From a virus (Duplodnaviria; Caudoviricetes), in the IMG/VR virus record IMGVR_UViG_3300027653_000005, positions 1-37,182 of that record: 37,182 nucleotides of DNA. One strand, 5' to 3'. Shown piece by piece: positions 9,757 to 17,422 of this stretch. Every line of letters begins with the position of its first letter. Position 1 is the stretch's first letter. A program made the position numbers and the translations under genes. Under the pieces are notes generated by a model. That model was not told the origin of the DNA. It searched no databases and saw only the letters and a program-made list of their open reading frames with translations.

Positions 9757-10641
9757 CTAATCCTCGATGCCAAGGTCACGCGCCCGCTCATCCAACTCCT
9801 CATCAGACAAGGAACGAATAGCGTCTACGTCGACTTCTTTAATCTCAATGACATCCTTAAACAACCCAAGATGCTTCCCAATCAATTCGCGCACCTTCAA
9901 CTGGTCATGAATCATCGGCTGCGGACCATTCGGCGTGAGCTTAATCCCCGCAAACAACTTTTTAGCGCCTGGAGATAACTTCGTCGTATCCGCGAACACC
10001 GTGCGAGTCTCCCCAGCCCCACCGCAAGCAGGACAAGCCGGATTAGGCAACAAATCATCACTAAACCCAACACCGCCCCTCATGCTTGGCTCAACCGGCA
10101 GGTACTTCCGCCCCGCCTGCACAGCTTCCAACTCCGCCATGATCCACTTCTCATGCGCAACATCGAACTCTAATTGACTGCGCCATTGGTACTCGTGATT
10201 AACGCCGTGGCACCGCCTGCACGCCGTAGTGACGCTGCGCATAATTTCATTAACATCAGCCCGCGCCATCTCCGCAAGGTCTGCCATGGCTTCCTCTGGG
10301 CCGTACTGAAGCGCCTTGCGGTGCTTTGCTAATCTACGTTGTATCTCATCCTGTATTTCAGGTCGCTTCAATACTTCGTGAGCAGTGCGTCCGGCCGTGC
10401 GTTCCGCGTATCCAGCGGCCTTTGCAGCGCCGGTTGCGTTCATCCAATTCTTTTTTGAGAAGTAGTGATCGAGGAATAGCAGGTGGCGTTTATTCGTGAT
10501 GGCTTTCGCGGTTGCGGCGGTGGGTTCGAGTGCTTTGTCTCTGACTTTCTGTGCGGCACGAGCTACATCGGCGGCTTTATTGTTGCCGGCACGTCCGTGT
10601 AGTTTCTTATTTTTCAGCGAGGTTTTACCTGTCGTACTCAT
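9757..10641 (-). CDS. terS: Terminase small subunit with a Zn-binding insertion
   Basis: HTH-like NATGAAKAAGYAERTA, CRRCHG...CPACGG pair, and ELIGKHLGLF. Confidence 0.9.
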   Translation of the reverse strand: MSTTGKTSLKNKKLHGRAGNNKAADVARAAQKVRDKALEPTAATAKAITNKRHLLFLDHYFSKKNWMNATGAAKAAGYAERTAGRTAHEVLKRPEIQDEIQRRLAKHRKALQYGPEEAMADLAEMARADVNEIMRSVTTACRRCHGVNHEYQWRSQLEFDVAHEKWIMAELEAVQAGRKYLPVEPSMRGGVGFSDDLLPNPACPACGGAGETRTVFADTTKLSPGAKKLFAGIKLTPNGPQPMIHDQLKVRELIGKHLGLFKDVIEIKEVDVDAIRSLSDEELDERARDLGIED

Positions 10642-10647
10642 GATTGG

Positions 10648-10653
10648 AGTTTA
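10648..10653 (-). promoter_or_regulatory. Putative leaderless late promoter -10 box (TAAACT) 6 nt upstream of the terS ATG
   Basis: The minus strand reads TAAACT-CCAATC-ATG. There is no SD and no good -35. Confidence 0.5.
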
Positions 10654-10665
10654 CAACACGCGGGA

Positions 10666-10967
10666 AAGGTAGTGCTCACGTTGCATCTGCCCGACTTGTA
10701 TAAGCAGATGGTTTCGTGAGCGCCTTGAATTGAAGAAACCATGGTTACGTTATCACGTCTTGGAATGTTGGGGTAGTAATTGACGCTCGCTCTGGTTAAC
10801 CCGGCCACGGGAATTTTCAGAACGAGCGTCGATGGCAGAACACTTGCAGTTTAACACAATTAGGAACCCCGGCCGTGCTGGGAGAGGAGAAAGACGCACA
10901 AAGGCCGGGGCATGTACTAGGACAGTACGCATCTGCCTAGTGCCAATGTACCGAGGAAGCAGTACAT
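10666..10967 (+). ncRNA. Candidate structured non-coding element (at least five hairpins)
   Basis: Stems GCTCACG/CGTGAGC + CATCTGC/GCAGATG; GACGCTCG/CGAGCGTC; CCCCGGCC/GGCCGGGG; ACTAGG/CCTAGT; ATGTAC/GTACAT. Wobble pairs favour the + strand. Confidence 0.4.
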
Positions 10968-10979
10968 CCTTAATATACA

Positions 10980-11018
10980 GCAAAACGCTCGGTGCCTACT
11001 GAACACCGAGCGCTTTGC
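10980..11018 (-). terminator. Intrinsic terminator of the leftward early operon
   Basis: 9-bp stem CGCTCGGTG/CACCGAGCG followed by TTTTG on the minus strand, about 50 nt after the MTase stop. Confidence 0.65.
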
Positions 11019-11068
11019 CACTCTCACTAAGGACGATACATGCACCCCCGAGCAGGGGTACCCAAAGA

Positions 11069-11830
11069 TTACCACAACGACGGTTGCATGGACAAATCAG
11101 AATCGCCCTCCTCTGCTTCTTCCACGAGTGGTACGGCTTCCACGGGAATATCTTCGTGAGAATCACGCCCAACGCGGTAACGCCACAGCCCGAGAATGAA
11201 CGCGGGAGTGTAGAAAACATCGAATACTTCAAGCGTGAGTGTGTTCCCCACAACAACGCGAGCGGGAATGTGCAGCAAGGCTAGTTGCACGTACAGCATG
11301 AGTGCCGCGTCACGATCCAACTCCCAAGCCGTTACCAGTAATTGCTTTTGCGGGTTTAACCCCCATGACCGCATGAGCTTCGATGCTTCAATGAGCATGC
11401 CGCCAGCACCAGCAGCAGGCTCGTACAGAGTTACGAACCCTTTGCGGGCAATGACCTCTTTCGCGGCATCTTCCTGCATGGATAGGGCCGCAACGAGGCC
11501 GCTCACTTCGCGAGGCGTGAAAAACTGGCCCCACGACCCTTCACCCCACCCGCTAAGCATGAAAATCTCGCCGAGCGCGTCGTGAGGATCTTCCTCCATA
11601 ATCATTGTGAGCATCCCGAGCGCATCCGCGAATGCTTTCATGACCTCGTGCCCGTAACGGTCAACCAAGGTGGCGTATTCGCTCTCTAAATCGTTTTTAG
11701 CGGCACCTGTAGATACTGACGAGCGGAACGTAAGCGACATCGCGGCTACCCAGTCACGGAATAACTCCCAGCCACGGCGAGCCACAGCGTGCTTATTGAT
11801 GAGTTTAATAATCTCCCGCCCGTGATTCAT
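11069..11830 (-). CDS. Truncated N6-adenine methyltransferase-like protein (type I M-like, no NPPF/Y motif)
   Basis: GQFFTP and the SAM-binding motif YEPAAGAGGMLI are present; the protein ends after VVGNTL...FYTP. Confidence 0.8.
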   Translation of the reverse strand: MNHGREIIKLINKHAVARRGWELFRDWVAAMSLTFRSSVSTGAAKNDLESEYATLVDRYGHEVMKAFADALGMLTMIMEEDPHDALGEIFMLSGWGEGSWGQFFTPREVSGLVAALSMQEDAAKEVIARKGFVTLYEPAAGAGGMLIEASKLMRSWGLNPQKQLLVTAWELDRDAALMLYVQLALLHIPARVVVGNTLTLEVFDVFYTPAFILGLWRYRVGRDSHEDIPVEAVPLVEEAEEGDSDLSMQPSLW

Positions 11831-11997
11831 GCCCACAGTGCCCCAAGGAACGCTGCAGCGATCGCTGCCAACACAGACGCAAACATTAATAGCAACACGG
11901 TTTTTTCAAGCCAGTTAATGCTATCCCAACTATCCCACAGCATGTAAGCATTTAAGCCAACGGCGCTTACAGCTACAAGGACAACGAACACGCTCAT
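11827..11997 (-). CDS. Small two-TM membrane protein
   Basis: 56 aa with two hydrophobic segments; ATGA coupling to both neighbours. Confidence 0.6.
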   Translation of the reverse strand: MSVFVVLVAVSAVGLNAYMLWDSWDSINWLEKTVLLLMFASVLAAIAAAFLGALWA

Positions 11998-12164
11998 GAT
12001 GTTGCCCATTGAATCGCTGCAACAACAAGCGCAAGTAATCCCGCGCCTACCCCAATGCGTGACACGGTTCGTACAGATTCACGCTTCCCACGCCAGTGCT
12101 GCACAAGTTGAACCGGTAGTAATCCCCACATGATGATGAGTAGTCCGTTAATCACGTAATTCAC
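11994..12164 (-). CDS. Small two-TM membrane protein
   Basis: GTG at 12164 gives MNYVINGLLIIMWGLLPVQL...GVGAGLLALVVAAIQWATS. Confidence 0.5.
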   Translation of the reverse strand: MNYVINGLLIIMWGLLPVQLVQHWRGKRESVRTVSRIGVGAGLLALVVAAIQWATS

Positions 12165-12427
12165 AGTAATCTTCCAATCACAGCGCTGATTCCCGCTCTT
12201 GTCTGTCCAGCTGTTGAGGGAGAGTTTTCCACTTGCGAGAATTGCGGTGCCGATTGGAACATTGGCGAGGTTCTCGGCGCGCTGGCCAAAGATTTTGGCG
12301 CGTTGAATTGCGGGGGATTTATCCCCGTCGGTGTGTGCGGAGAGGGTGAGGGTGGCATGGCAAGGCCACCCTGTGTGTAGTTCAGTTCGCACGCGGAGAG
12401 AGCCGCCTTGATACTGACAGCGTTCAC
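12161..12427 (-). pseudogene. ssb: Frameshifted, truncated single-stranded DNA-binding protein
   Basis: Frame 1 MNAVSIKAALSACELNYTQGGLA joins frame 2 TLTLS...KIFGQRAENLA...SGKLSLNSWTDKSGNQR through an apparent 1-nt loss near 12357. The joined sequence has an SSB OB-fold pattern. Confidence 0.7.
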
Positions 12428-12666
12428 TCCGTCACCTCTGCAACGTTGTGTTTTTCGAGGACGTAATCGCCGCCATCGCCTGAGAGCGCGTGGCCTGTTT
12501 CCGCCAGCTCTTCAGCGATTGCTGTCGGCGCGAAAATCGGGCTCGGTACCAATCCAAGCAAATCGTTGAACATAGGTCGGCCGTTGAAGACTGCAAGGAC
12601 TTTTTTCCCGGTGATTCTTAACTCGCTATCGCGACGCTCTCGGATTAAAAGCCAAGCCTTGCTCAT
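12424..12666 (-). CDS. Hypothetical protein
   Basis: 80 aa, coupled to both neighbours. Confidence 0.55.
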   Translation of the reverse strand: MSKAWLLIRERRDSELRITGKKVLAVFNGRPMFNDLLGLVPSPIFAPTAIAEELAETGHALSGDGGDYVLEKHNVAEVTE

Positions 12667-12881
12667 TTTTTGCCTCGGCGTTTCCACCACGGGCGCGACA
12701 ACCGCTCCAACTCACGCAACGCTTCGTCCTGTTGCTCCCCGAGTTTCTCAATGAGTTCCAAACGAGCCCTCGCACCTGCCTCCGCTTCCGCTATGAGTGC
12801 TACGTCGCGGAATAACTCCCAGCCACGCCAACCGGCGCGGACTTCCCCGAGGCGTTTCACAATGTCACCGGCGCGGTTCAC
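12663..12881 (-). CDS. Chimeric small protein (MTase-like N-terminus plus coiled-coil PWW tail)
   Basis: RGWELFRD is shared with the MTase N-terminus; the protein ends LERLSRPWWKRRGKK. Confidence 0.55.
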   Translation of the reverse strand: MNRAGDIVKRLGEVRAGWRGWELFRDVALIAEAEAGARARLELIEKLGEQQDEALRELERLSRPWWKRRGKK

Positions 12882-13219
12882 TCTTCGCCTTCAATCCGTG
12901 ATGTGATAATCCAACGCACCTTCTCGCCCTCATCGCCTAAATCTTCCCGAGCACGCTCAACAACCACGGTTTTATTAACCGGTCGGCGCAATTCACGACG
13001 CAACGCGGCCTTCACTTCCGCAACAATCTCATCGACCAACACAGCCCGATCGCCGCCGAACCTGAACCACACCTCGCCCGGCTCGTCAATAAATGCCAAC
13101 CCAGCGAGTACGAACGGCTCACGCTTTGCAAGGGCAACATACTTACGCTCCGGCTCCCAGCGCTTCGTGCGAGAAACACGAACATGCACGCCGTCAACCA
13201 AGTACGCCGATACGCTCAT
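12878..13219 (-). CDS. Hypothetical protein
   Basis: The ATG at 13219 overlaps the upstream stop (ATGA). Confidence 0.55.
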   Translation of the reverse strand: MSVSAYLVDGVHVRVSRTKRWEPERKYVALAKREPFVLAGLAFIDEPGEVWFRFGGDRAVLVDEIVAEVKAALRRELRRPVNKTVVVERAREDLGDEGEKVRWIITSRIEGEE

Positions 13220-13395
13220 GACATGCCCCAAACCACGATGCCAATCGACGCACACACCGAAGCTACCGCCAACATTGCCAAGCCCAAGCGGCCAGCCCAA
13301 TCCGGCATGGCATCATCCAAGTAATGCAACGAGACCACTGCAAAGCCCGGAACGCCGTACAAGAGCGCAAGCGCAAACCACGCCTCCCACTTCAT
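13216..13395 (-). CDS. Small two-TM membrane protein (absent from the ORF track)
   Basis: MKWEAWFALALLYGVPGFAVVSLHYLDDAMPDWAGRLGLAMLAVASVCASIGIVVWGMS, 59 aa, with ATGA overlaps at both ends. Confidence 0.65.
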   Translation of the reverse strand: MKWEAWFALALLYGVPGFAVVSLHYLDDAMPDWAGRLGLAMLAVASVCASIGIVVWGMS

Positions 13396-13760
13396 TCCTC
13401 AACCTCCCAATTCCTCATCTCTTCAAGCAACTCACCGAGAATTGCACGACCCCAAGCCGTTTCGGACGTAACCATAATCGACTCCCCGCGCTCCAAAATC
13501 TCTTGCAAATTACGCGGCAACCGCCACCGATGCGCAAGCCCATCAAGCAACGCCACCGCACCTTGGAACGAAACGGCCATTACGTCACCCGCTGCAGCAA
13601 CGCGATCGAAGCTTGCAACGAACTCTCGCCACTCACGCTTCCATGCGCGACGCTCCCGAGCTTTTAACGGCCGCTCCCACGGTTTACGAGGACGCGGGCC
13701 AATCGTGCCCGTGACCGAGTAATCCGGGAACACTTTCGGCGCTCCAGCAACTTCACTCAT
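13392..13760 (-). CDS. Hypothetical protein
   Basis: SD GGAGG and a coupled start at 13760. Confidence 0.55.
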   Translation of the reverse strand: MSEVAGAPKVFPDYSVTGTIGPRPRKPWERPLKARERRAWKREWREFVASFDRVAAAGDVMAVSFQGAVALLDGLAHRWRLPRNLQEILERGESIMVTSETAWGRAILGELLEEMRNWEVEE

Positions 13761-14119
13761 GACTTCCCTCCCATCAACACTTGACCCATAATCCACGCAT
13801 CAATACGACGCTGCACATCACTCACAAACTCATGCACACCGCCCCCGCCCTTCAAAGCGCCCGCCAACGCAGCAACAAGCACCACTCCGAACGATGATAA
13901 ATCAACCTCGCCCGCATCAACATCCACCACAAGCAACGACATGAGCGCACGCATATCACTTTCCTGCACTGCCAGTTGCGCCGCATTCAAAGCAGCAACG
14001 AGCGATAGGTGAAACTCTTCCATCTCGCTAACCGTAACGCCGAATAATTCCGCGACGCCTTCCATTGTTGCAGCCGCTTCGTACCGCTCAACCGGCACAA
14101 GTAAACCTCGCTTACTCAT
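13757..14119 (-). CDS. Hypothetical protein
   Basis: SD GGAGG and a coupled start at 14119. Confidence 0.55.
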   Translation of the reverse strand: MSKRGLLVPVERYEAAATMEGVAELFGVTVSEMEEFHLSLVAALNAAQLAVQESDMRALMSLLVVDVDAGEVDLSSFGVVLVAALAGALKGGGGVHEFVSDVQRRIDAWIMGQVLMGGKS

Positions 14120-14550
14120 TGCACATTCCTCCAATACCATTCCTCATTCTCTTTCAAAGCCGTAGCAGCCTCTTCCTCGGTGGCGTAGTAATTCCACCAC
14201 GGCCCATCATCATCCGACAGCCGCACGGCATACACGCGCCCAGTAGGCACAAGCACATCAACCGCACGCACCTCGCCAGAACCATCAAGGCCAGCAACGC
14301 CCTCCATTTGCTCCTCAAGCAACGACCGCATCGCCCACGTAAACGCGAACGATAAATCCGGGTCATCACTCACCATGCGCATCTCTAAATCTAAATCAGT
14401 GCCCAAGCGCTTCACGAGTTGCTCAAGACGAAACGCCAAGACACGATCATCACTCGCACGCAGCTTCGCAGCAGCACGCTCAAGCGTTACACGCAATTCC
14501 GCACCGGCTTCCATCGGCAAAGCGTGCGTTTCTGGATGCTTACTCCTCAT
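14116..14550 (-). CDS. Hypothetical protein
   Basis: SD AAGGAGG; 144 aa. Confidence 0.55.
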   Translation of the reverse strand: MRSKHPETHALPMEAGAELRVTLERAAAKLRASDDRVLAFRLEQLVKRLGTDLDLEMRMVSDDPDLSFAFTWAMRSLLEEQMEGVAGLDGSGEVRAVDVLVPTGRVYAVRLSDDDGPWWNYYATEEEAATALKENEEWYWRNVQ

Positions 14551-14719
14551 GACTGCCCTCCTTCAATTTCTCCGCCGCGTGCCGTAACTTATCCGACAAC
14601 GCCCCCAGACGGTCACGAACCGAATCTAAATACCCACGAGACGGCTCATCCAGCACTTCCTCCATAACCGCAGCAGCCTGCAACATCACCGCACGCGCTT
14701 GCAACAACTCATCCATCAC
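14540..14719 (-). CDS. Small helical hypothetical protein
   Basis: GTGA-coupled start; MMDELLQARAV... Confidence 0.5.
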   Translation of the reverse strand: MMDELLQARAVMLQAAAVMEEVLDEPSRGYLDSVRDRLGALSDKLRHAAEKLKEGSHEE

Positions 14720-15261
14720 TGCACATACTCCGCACTGATAATTACCGGATGAGTCAGCGGAACGGTGCCCCCATCGGCAAATTCGAACGCATACGCCCCA
14801 TGCTCTTCCGCGCACACAACGACCGCGAACTCTACGAGCTCTTCCCCGTTATCGATATCAGTAAAGCGAACCTTATACAAATCACCGAGCTCTGCATCAA
14901 ACGGCGCACGCTCAACCGGATTAGTTGCAAGATACTCACGCACCGCAACGAATCGAGGATGATCCTTGCCCTCCCCAAGCGCCCATGAATCCCAAACCTT
15001 CATCACGCTATCGGTTTCCGGCTCAACCGTTGTAAAGCACCTATCATCACTTCCGGACACACGCGGGACCACGATCACACCATTGCTAGCGACAAACACG
15101 CCGAGCTTCGCCAGCGCGTGCTCTTCAATTGCGCGGAACATGCGGCCAGTTACGTAGGACATCGCCCCCTCCTTCCACGACTCAACGAAACCATCATGCG
15201 GACTATTCTTAAACGACACGCCTTCCCGGCTAACAAAATCTTCCACTAATAAATCTTCCAT
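14716..15261 (-). CDS. Hypothetical protein (alternative start at 15162)
   Basis: Two in-frame SD+ATG starts, at 15261 and 15162. Confidence 0.55.
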   Translation of the reverse strand: MEDLLVEDFVSREGVSFKNSPHDGFVESWKEGAMSYVTGRMFRAIEEHALAKLGVFVASNGVIVVPRVSGSDDRCFTTVEPETDSVMKVWDSWALGEGKDHPRFVAVREYLATNPVERAPFDAELGDLYKVRFTDIDNGEELVEFAVVVCAEEHGAYAFEFADGGTVPLTHPVIISAEYVQ

Positions 15262-15320
15262 CTCATTCCTCTCTAAATCTCCCGGCACAACGCACCGACA
15301 CATCGGCGCAAACCGACGCA

Positions 15321-15509
15321 CTAGAACAGCACCAGCACGGTCAACACAGCGAAACACGCAACGGCAACAACAAGCGCGGCACGAATCGCAACGGCACGAC
15401 CACGCGACGGGTTCCCCAAATCCCACAACGCAATCACAAACGCGAGCAGGCCAAACACGAGCATTGCACCCGCCAAAGTCGCGAGAAAAACGTGATTATC
15501 GGTCATCAT
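15321..15509 (-). CDS. Small two-TM membrane protein
   Basis: 62 aa with two hydrophobic helices. Confidence 0.6.
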   Translation of the reverse strand: MMTDNHVFLATLAGAMLVFGLLAFVIALWDLGNPSRGRAVAIRAALVVAVACFAVLTVLVLF

Positions 15510-15840
15510 CCTCACTCCAAAACAACTGAATGCCAATAACGGCACCGGTTGTATCATCCGTCACGTGATGATCCTCACGAATTGAGAACCCACGCTCACC
15601 CAGAAGGCCTACAGCAAGCCACCACGCAGCGCTAGGGGCAATAGAAAGGTCAAACCCTACCGTCATGCCACCAAGGCCACGCCCAGCCGTTACCAACGCG
15701 TTAGAAACAATCATGTCGCACAAACCCTCCGCCTGTGCACGCGTAATATCAGGAAGCACTTGCAGCCCGCGCTCCATACGGGCTGCAACATGCTCACGCC
15801 AATCGGCAATATCATCGAACCGGTTCGCGCTCATCATCAA
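15496..15840 (-). CDS. Hypothetical protein
   Basis: 114 aa with a coupled start. Confidence 0.55.
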   Translation of the reverse strand: MMMSANRFDDIADWREHVAARMERGLQVLPDITRAQAEGLCDMIVSNALVTAGRGLGGMTVGFDLSIAPSAAWWLAVGLLGERGFSIREDHHVTDDTTGAVIGIQLFWSEDDDR

Positions 15841-16241
15841 TCCTCATTCTCTGAAACAAGCACAATGTTGCCATCAAAAACAATCACTGAATACGCACGC
15901 CCATAATCATTTGTAATCACGCGCCCAGTGAAATCACCATCCCGATACCAAGGAATTACCCACCACATGTCGCGATAGCCCTCCACAGCAATCTCAATCC
16001 ACATCTGCGTCAACTCAACGGTGTAGAAAGCCATGAGCGAGAAACACGTGTACCCGAGCTCCTCAACAACGGACTCGTAAGGCTGGCAACCAATCGTGCC
16101 ATCAAGGTCATTCGCGAGCCTAAACGCGAACTCCTCCCCTGATAAACCCTGCGCGGATACGGACCCGCCACTAAGCGCTACAGCCACAATCGCCAGCAGC
16201 AACACAAACATTTTCTTCGACTTCTCAAACATTTTACGCAT
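15837..16241 (-). CDS. Secreted/periplasmic protein with a signal peptide
   Basis: SD AAGGAGG; MRKMFEKSKKMFVLLLAIVAVALSGGSVSA/QG is a typical SPase I signal. Confidence 0.65.
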   Translation of the reverse strand: MRKMFEKSKKMFVLLLAIVAVALSGGSVSAQGLSGEEFAFRLANDLDGTIGCQPYESVVEELGYTCFSLMAFYTVELTQMWIEIAVEGYRDMWWVIPWYRDGDFTGRVITNDYGRAYSVIVFDGNIVLVSENED

Positions 16242-16776
16242 TTTCTTCCTCCTTAACGAAGATCCCGTCGACCATGCGGCCGGTACGGCCTTTAATCTCA
16301 TGCCAAGCGTGATTCAAGCACGCCGCAAGCGACGCACCAACTTGCCCGGCATTCTTATCCAACGCGCTAAGCGCTTCCCAAATCGCGAGTGCCACGAGCA
16401 CGTCACGCGACGGTGAACGGTCTTGCAACGCCACCGCCAGCATCGTCAACGCGTAATCAATCGCTACGCGACGATGGTCAGCAATTGGTGGCAACTTATC
16501 CACCACGCCTTCCTGCGCGGCGATGATGATGAGCACCACGGCCGTATCGCCAATGGCATCTTTCATCTCATCTCGAATACCGGCCAACTCGGTGGCGTTC
16601 ACATACGCCGGGTCGCGCCGGTACTCTGCGAGGGCTTCCACCGCCAACAAGTACTCCCCATGCTCTTCCATGAGTTTCAGGAATTGCGCGGCGGGGTTAC
16701 TGCCAGCGATTAGGTTACGAGCTTCCGCCCACGTGACAACGTTCGCGATGAGCTCTTGATACGAGTAATTTTCCAT
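16234..16776 (-). CDS. MazG-like nucleotide pyrophosphohydrolase
   Basis: Motifs WAEARNL, QFLKLMEEHGE, DAIGD and EIKGRTGRMVDGIFVKE. Confidence 0.88.
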   Translation of the reverse strand: MENYSYQELIANVVTWAEARNLIAGSNPAAQFLKLMEEHGEYLLAVEALAEYRRDPAYVNATELAGIRDEMKDAIGDTAVVLIIIAAQEGVVDKLPPIADHRRVAIDYALTMLAVALQDRSPSRDVLVALAIWEALSALDKNAGQVGASLAACLNHAWHEIKGRTGRMVDGIFVKEEENA

Positions 16777-16802
16777 GCCTACCTCTTTCCGCCCCCTTGG
16801 GC

Positions 16803-16858
16803 TACGTTGCACTTTACCACACTTTGCTACACATTGCTACACCCTCGCAACGGTTGCG
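16803..16858 (-). promoter_or_regulatory. Internal promoter/operator with 10-bp tandem repeats and an inverted repeat
   Basis: Minus strand GTGTAGCAAT GTGTAGCAAA GTGTGGTAAA GTGCAACGTA; extended -10 TGgTAAAGT; inverted repeat CGCAAC-G-GTTGCG at 16846-16858. Confidence 0.55.
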
Positions 16859-16859
16859 C

Positions 16860-17231
16860 CTATTTACGCACCGACAAATCACCAATAAGCCACCCCTCCC
16901 CCGTCGCCACCCGCGGATTAGCATGCACCCACGCATGACACTCCGGACACAACGCAGCCCACGTCGACACATCAAGGTAGCGCTCACCAGTCCGACCCGC
17001 CTTATGATGCAACTCAAGCCCGCGATCCGACCGACCACACCGCTCACACCGCCCCATGCCCTGCAAATAAGCACGAGACTTCTCGCCATACACGCGACTC
17101 TCCACCCTCCGCTGCCGCGACATGGGATTAACACGAGTGCGAGACTTCAAGCCCTCACGAGCACGCAACGGCGAGCGCCGCAACCCTTTCGGCTCACGCT
17201 TCGCCCTTGGCTTCGGCTTCGGGAACTTCAC
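16860..17231 (-). CDS. HNH endonuclease
   Basis: CERCG...LELHH...LCPECHAWVH, with a basic N-terminus. Confidence 0.85.
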   Translation of the reverse strand: MKFPKPKPRAKREPKGLRRSPLRAREGLKSRTRVNPMSRQRRVESRVYGEKSRAYLQGMGRCERCGRSDRGLELHHKAGRTGERYLDVSTWAALCPECHAWVHANPRVATGEGWLIGDLSVRK

Positions 17232-17422
17232 GACCGCCCTCCCTTCACAATGCTCAAAAACGTTGCAACTACGAACCCAATAATCACCGACGGCCACAAC
17301 ACACCAATAATCACCGGTGGAATACCCGGCAACGGCTCCGAATCACACGCCCATAACGCCGTCAAAGCGCCGCAGCAGACGTACAGAATCAAACTTACCA
17401 GCAGCCACGCAAATACGCTCAT
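17228..17422 (-). CDS. Small two-TM membrane protein
   Basis: 64 aa with two hydrophobic helices. Confidence 0.6.
   Translation of the reverse strand: MSVFAWLLVSLILYVCCGALTALWACDSEPLPGIPPVIIGVLWPSVIIGFVVATFLSIVKGGRS

Noticed and set aside
10666-10967. tRNA or tmRNA in the structured region
   Set aside because: I found no cloverleaf, T-loop GTTC motif or CCA end in a suitable arrangement.
16234-16776. MazG as a novel anti-defence system
   Set aside because: This is a common phage accessory family and nothing in the sequence distinguishes it.
16803-16842. CRISPR array or mini-array
   Set aside because: The units are 10 bp and contiguous with no spacers. I saw no repeat-spacer structure elsewhere by eye.
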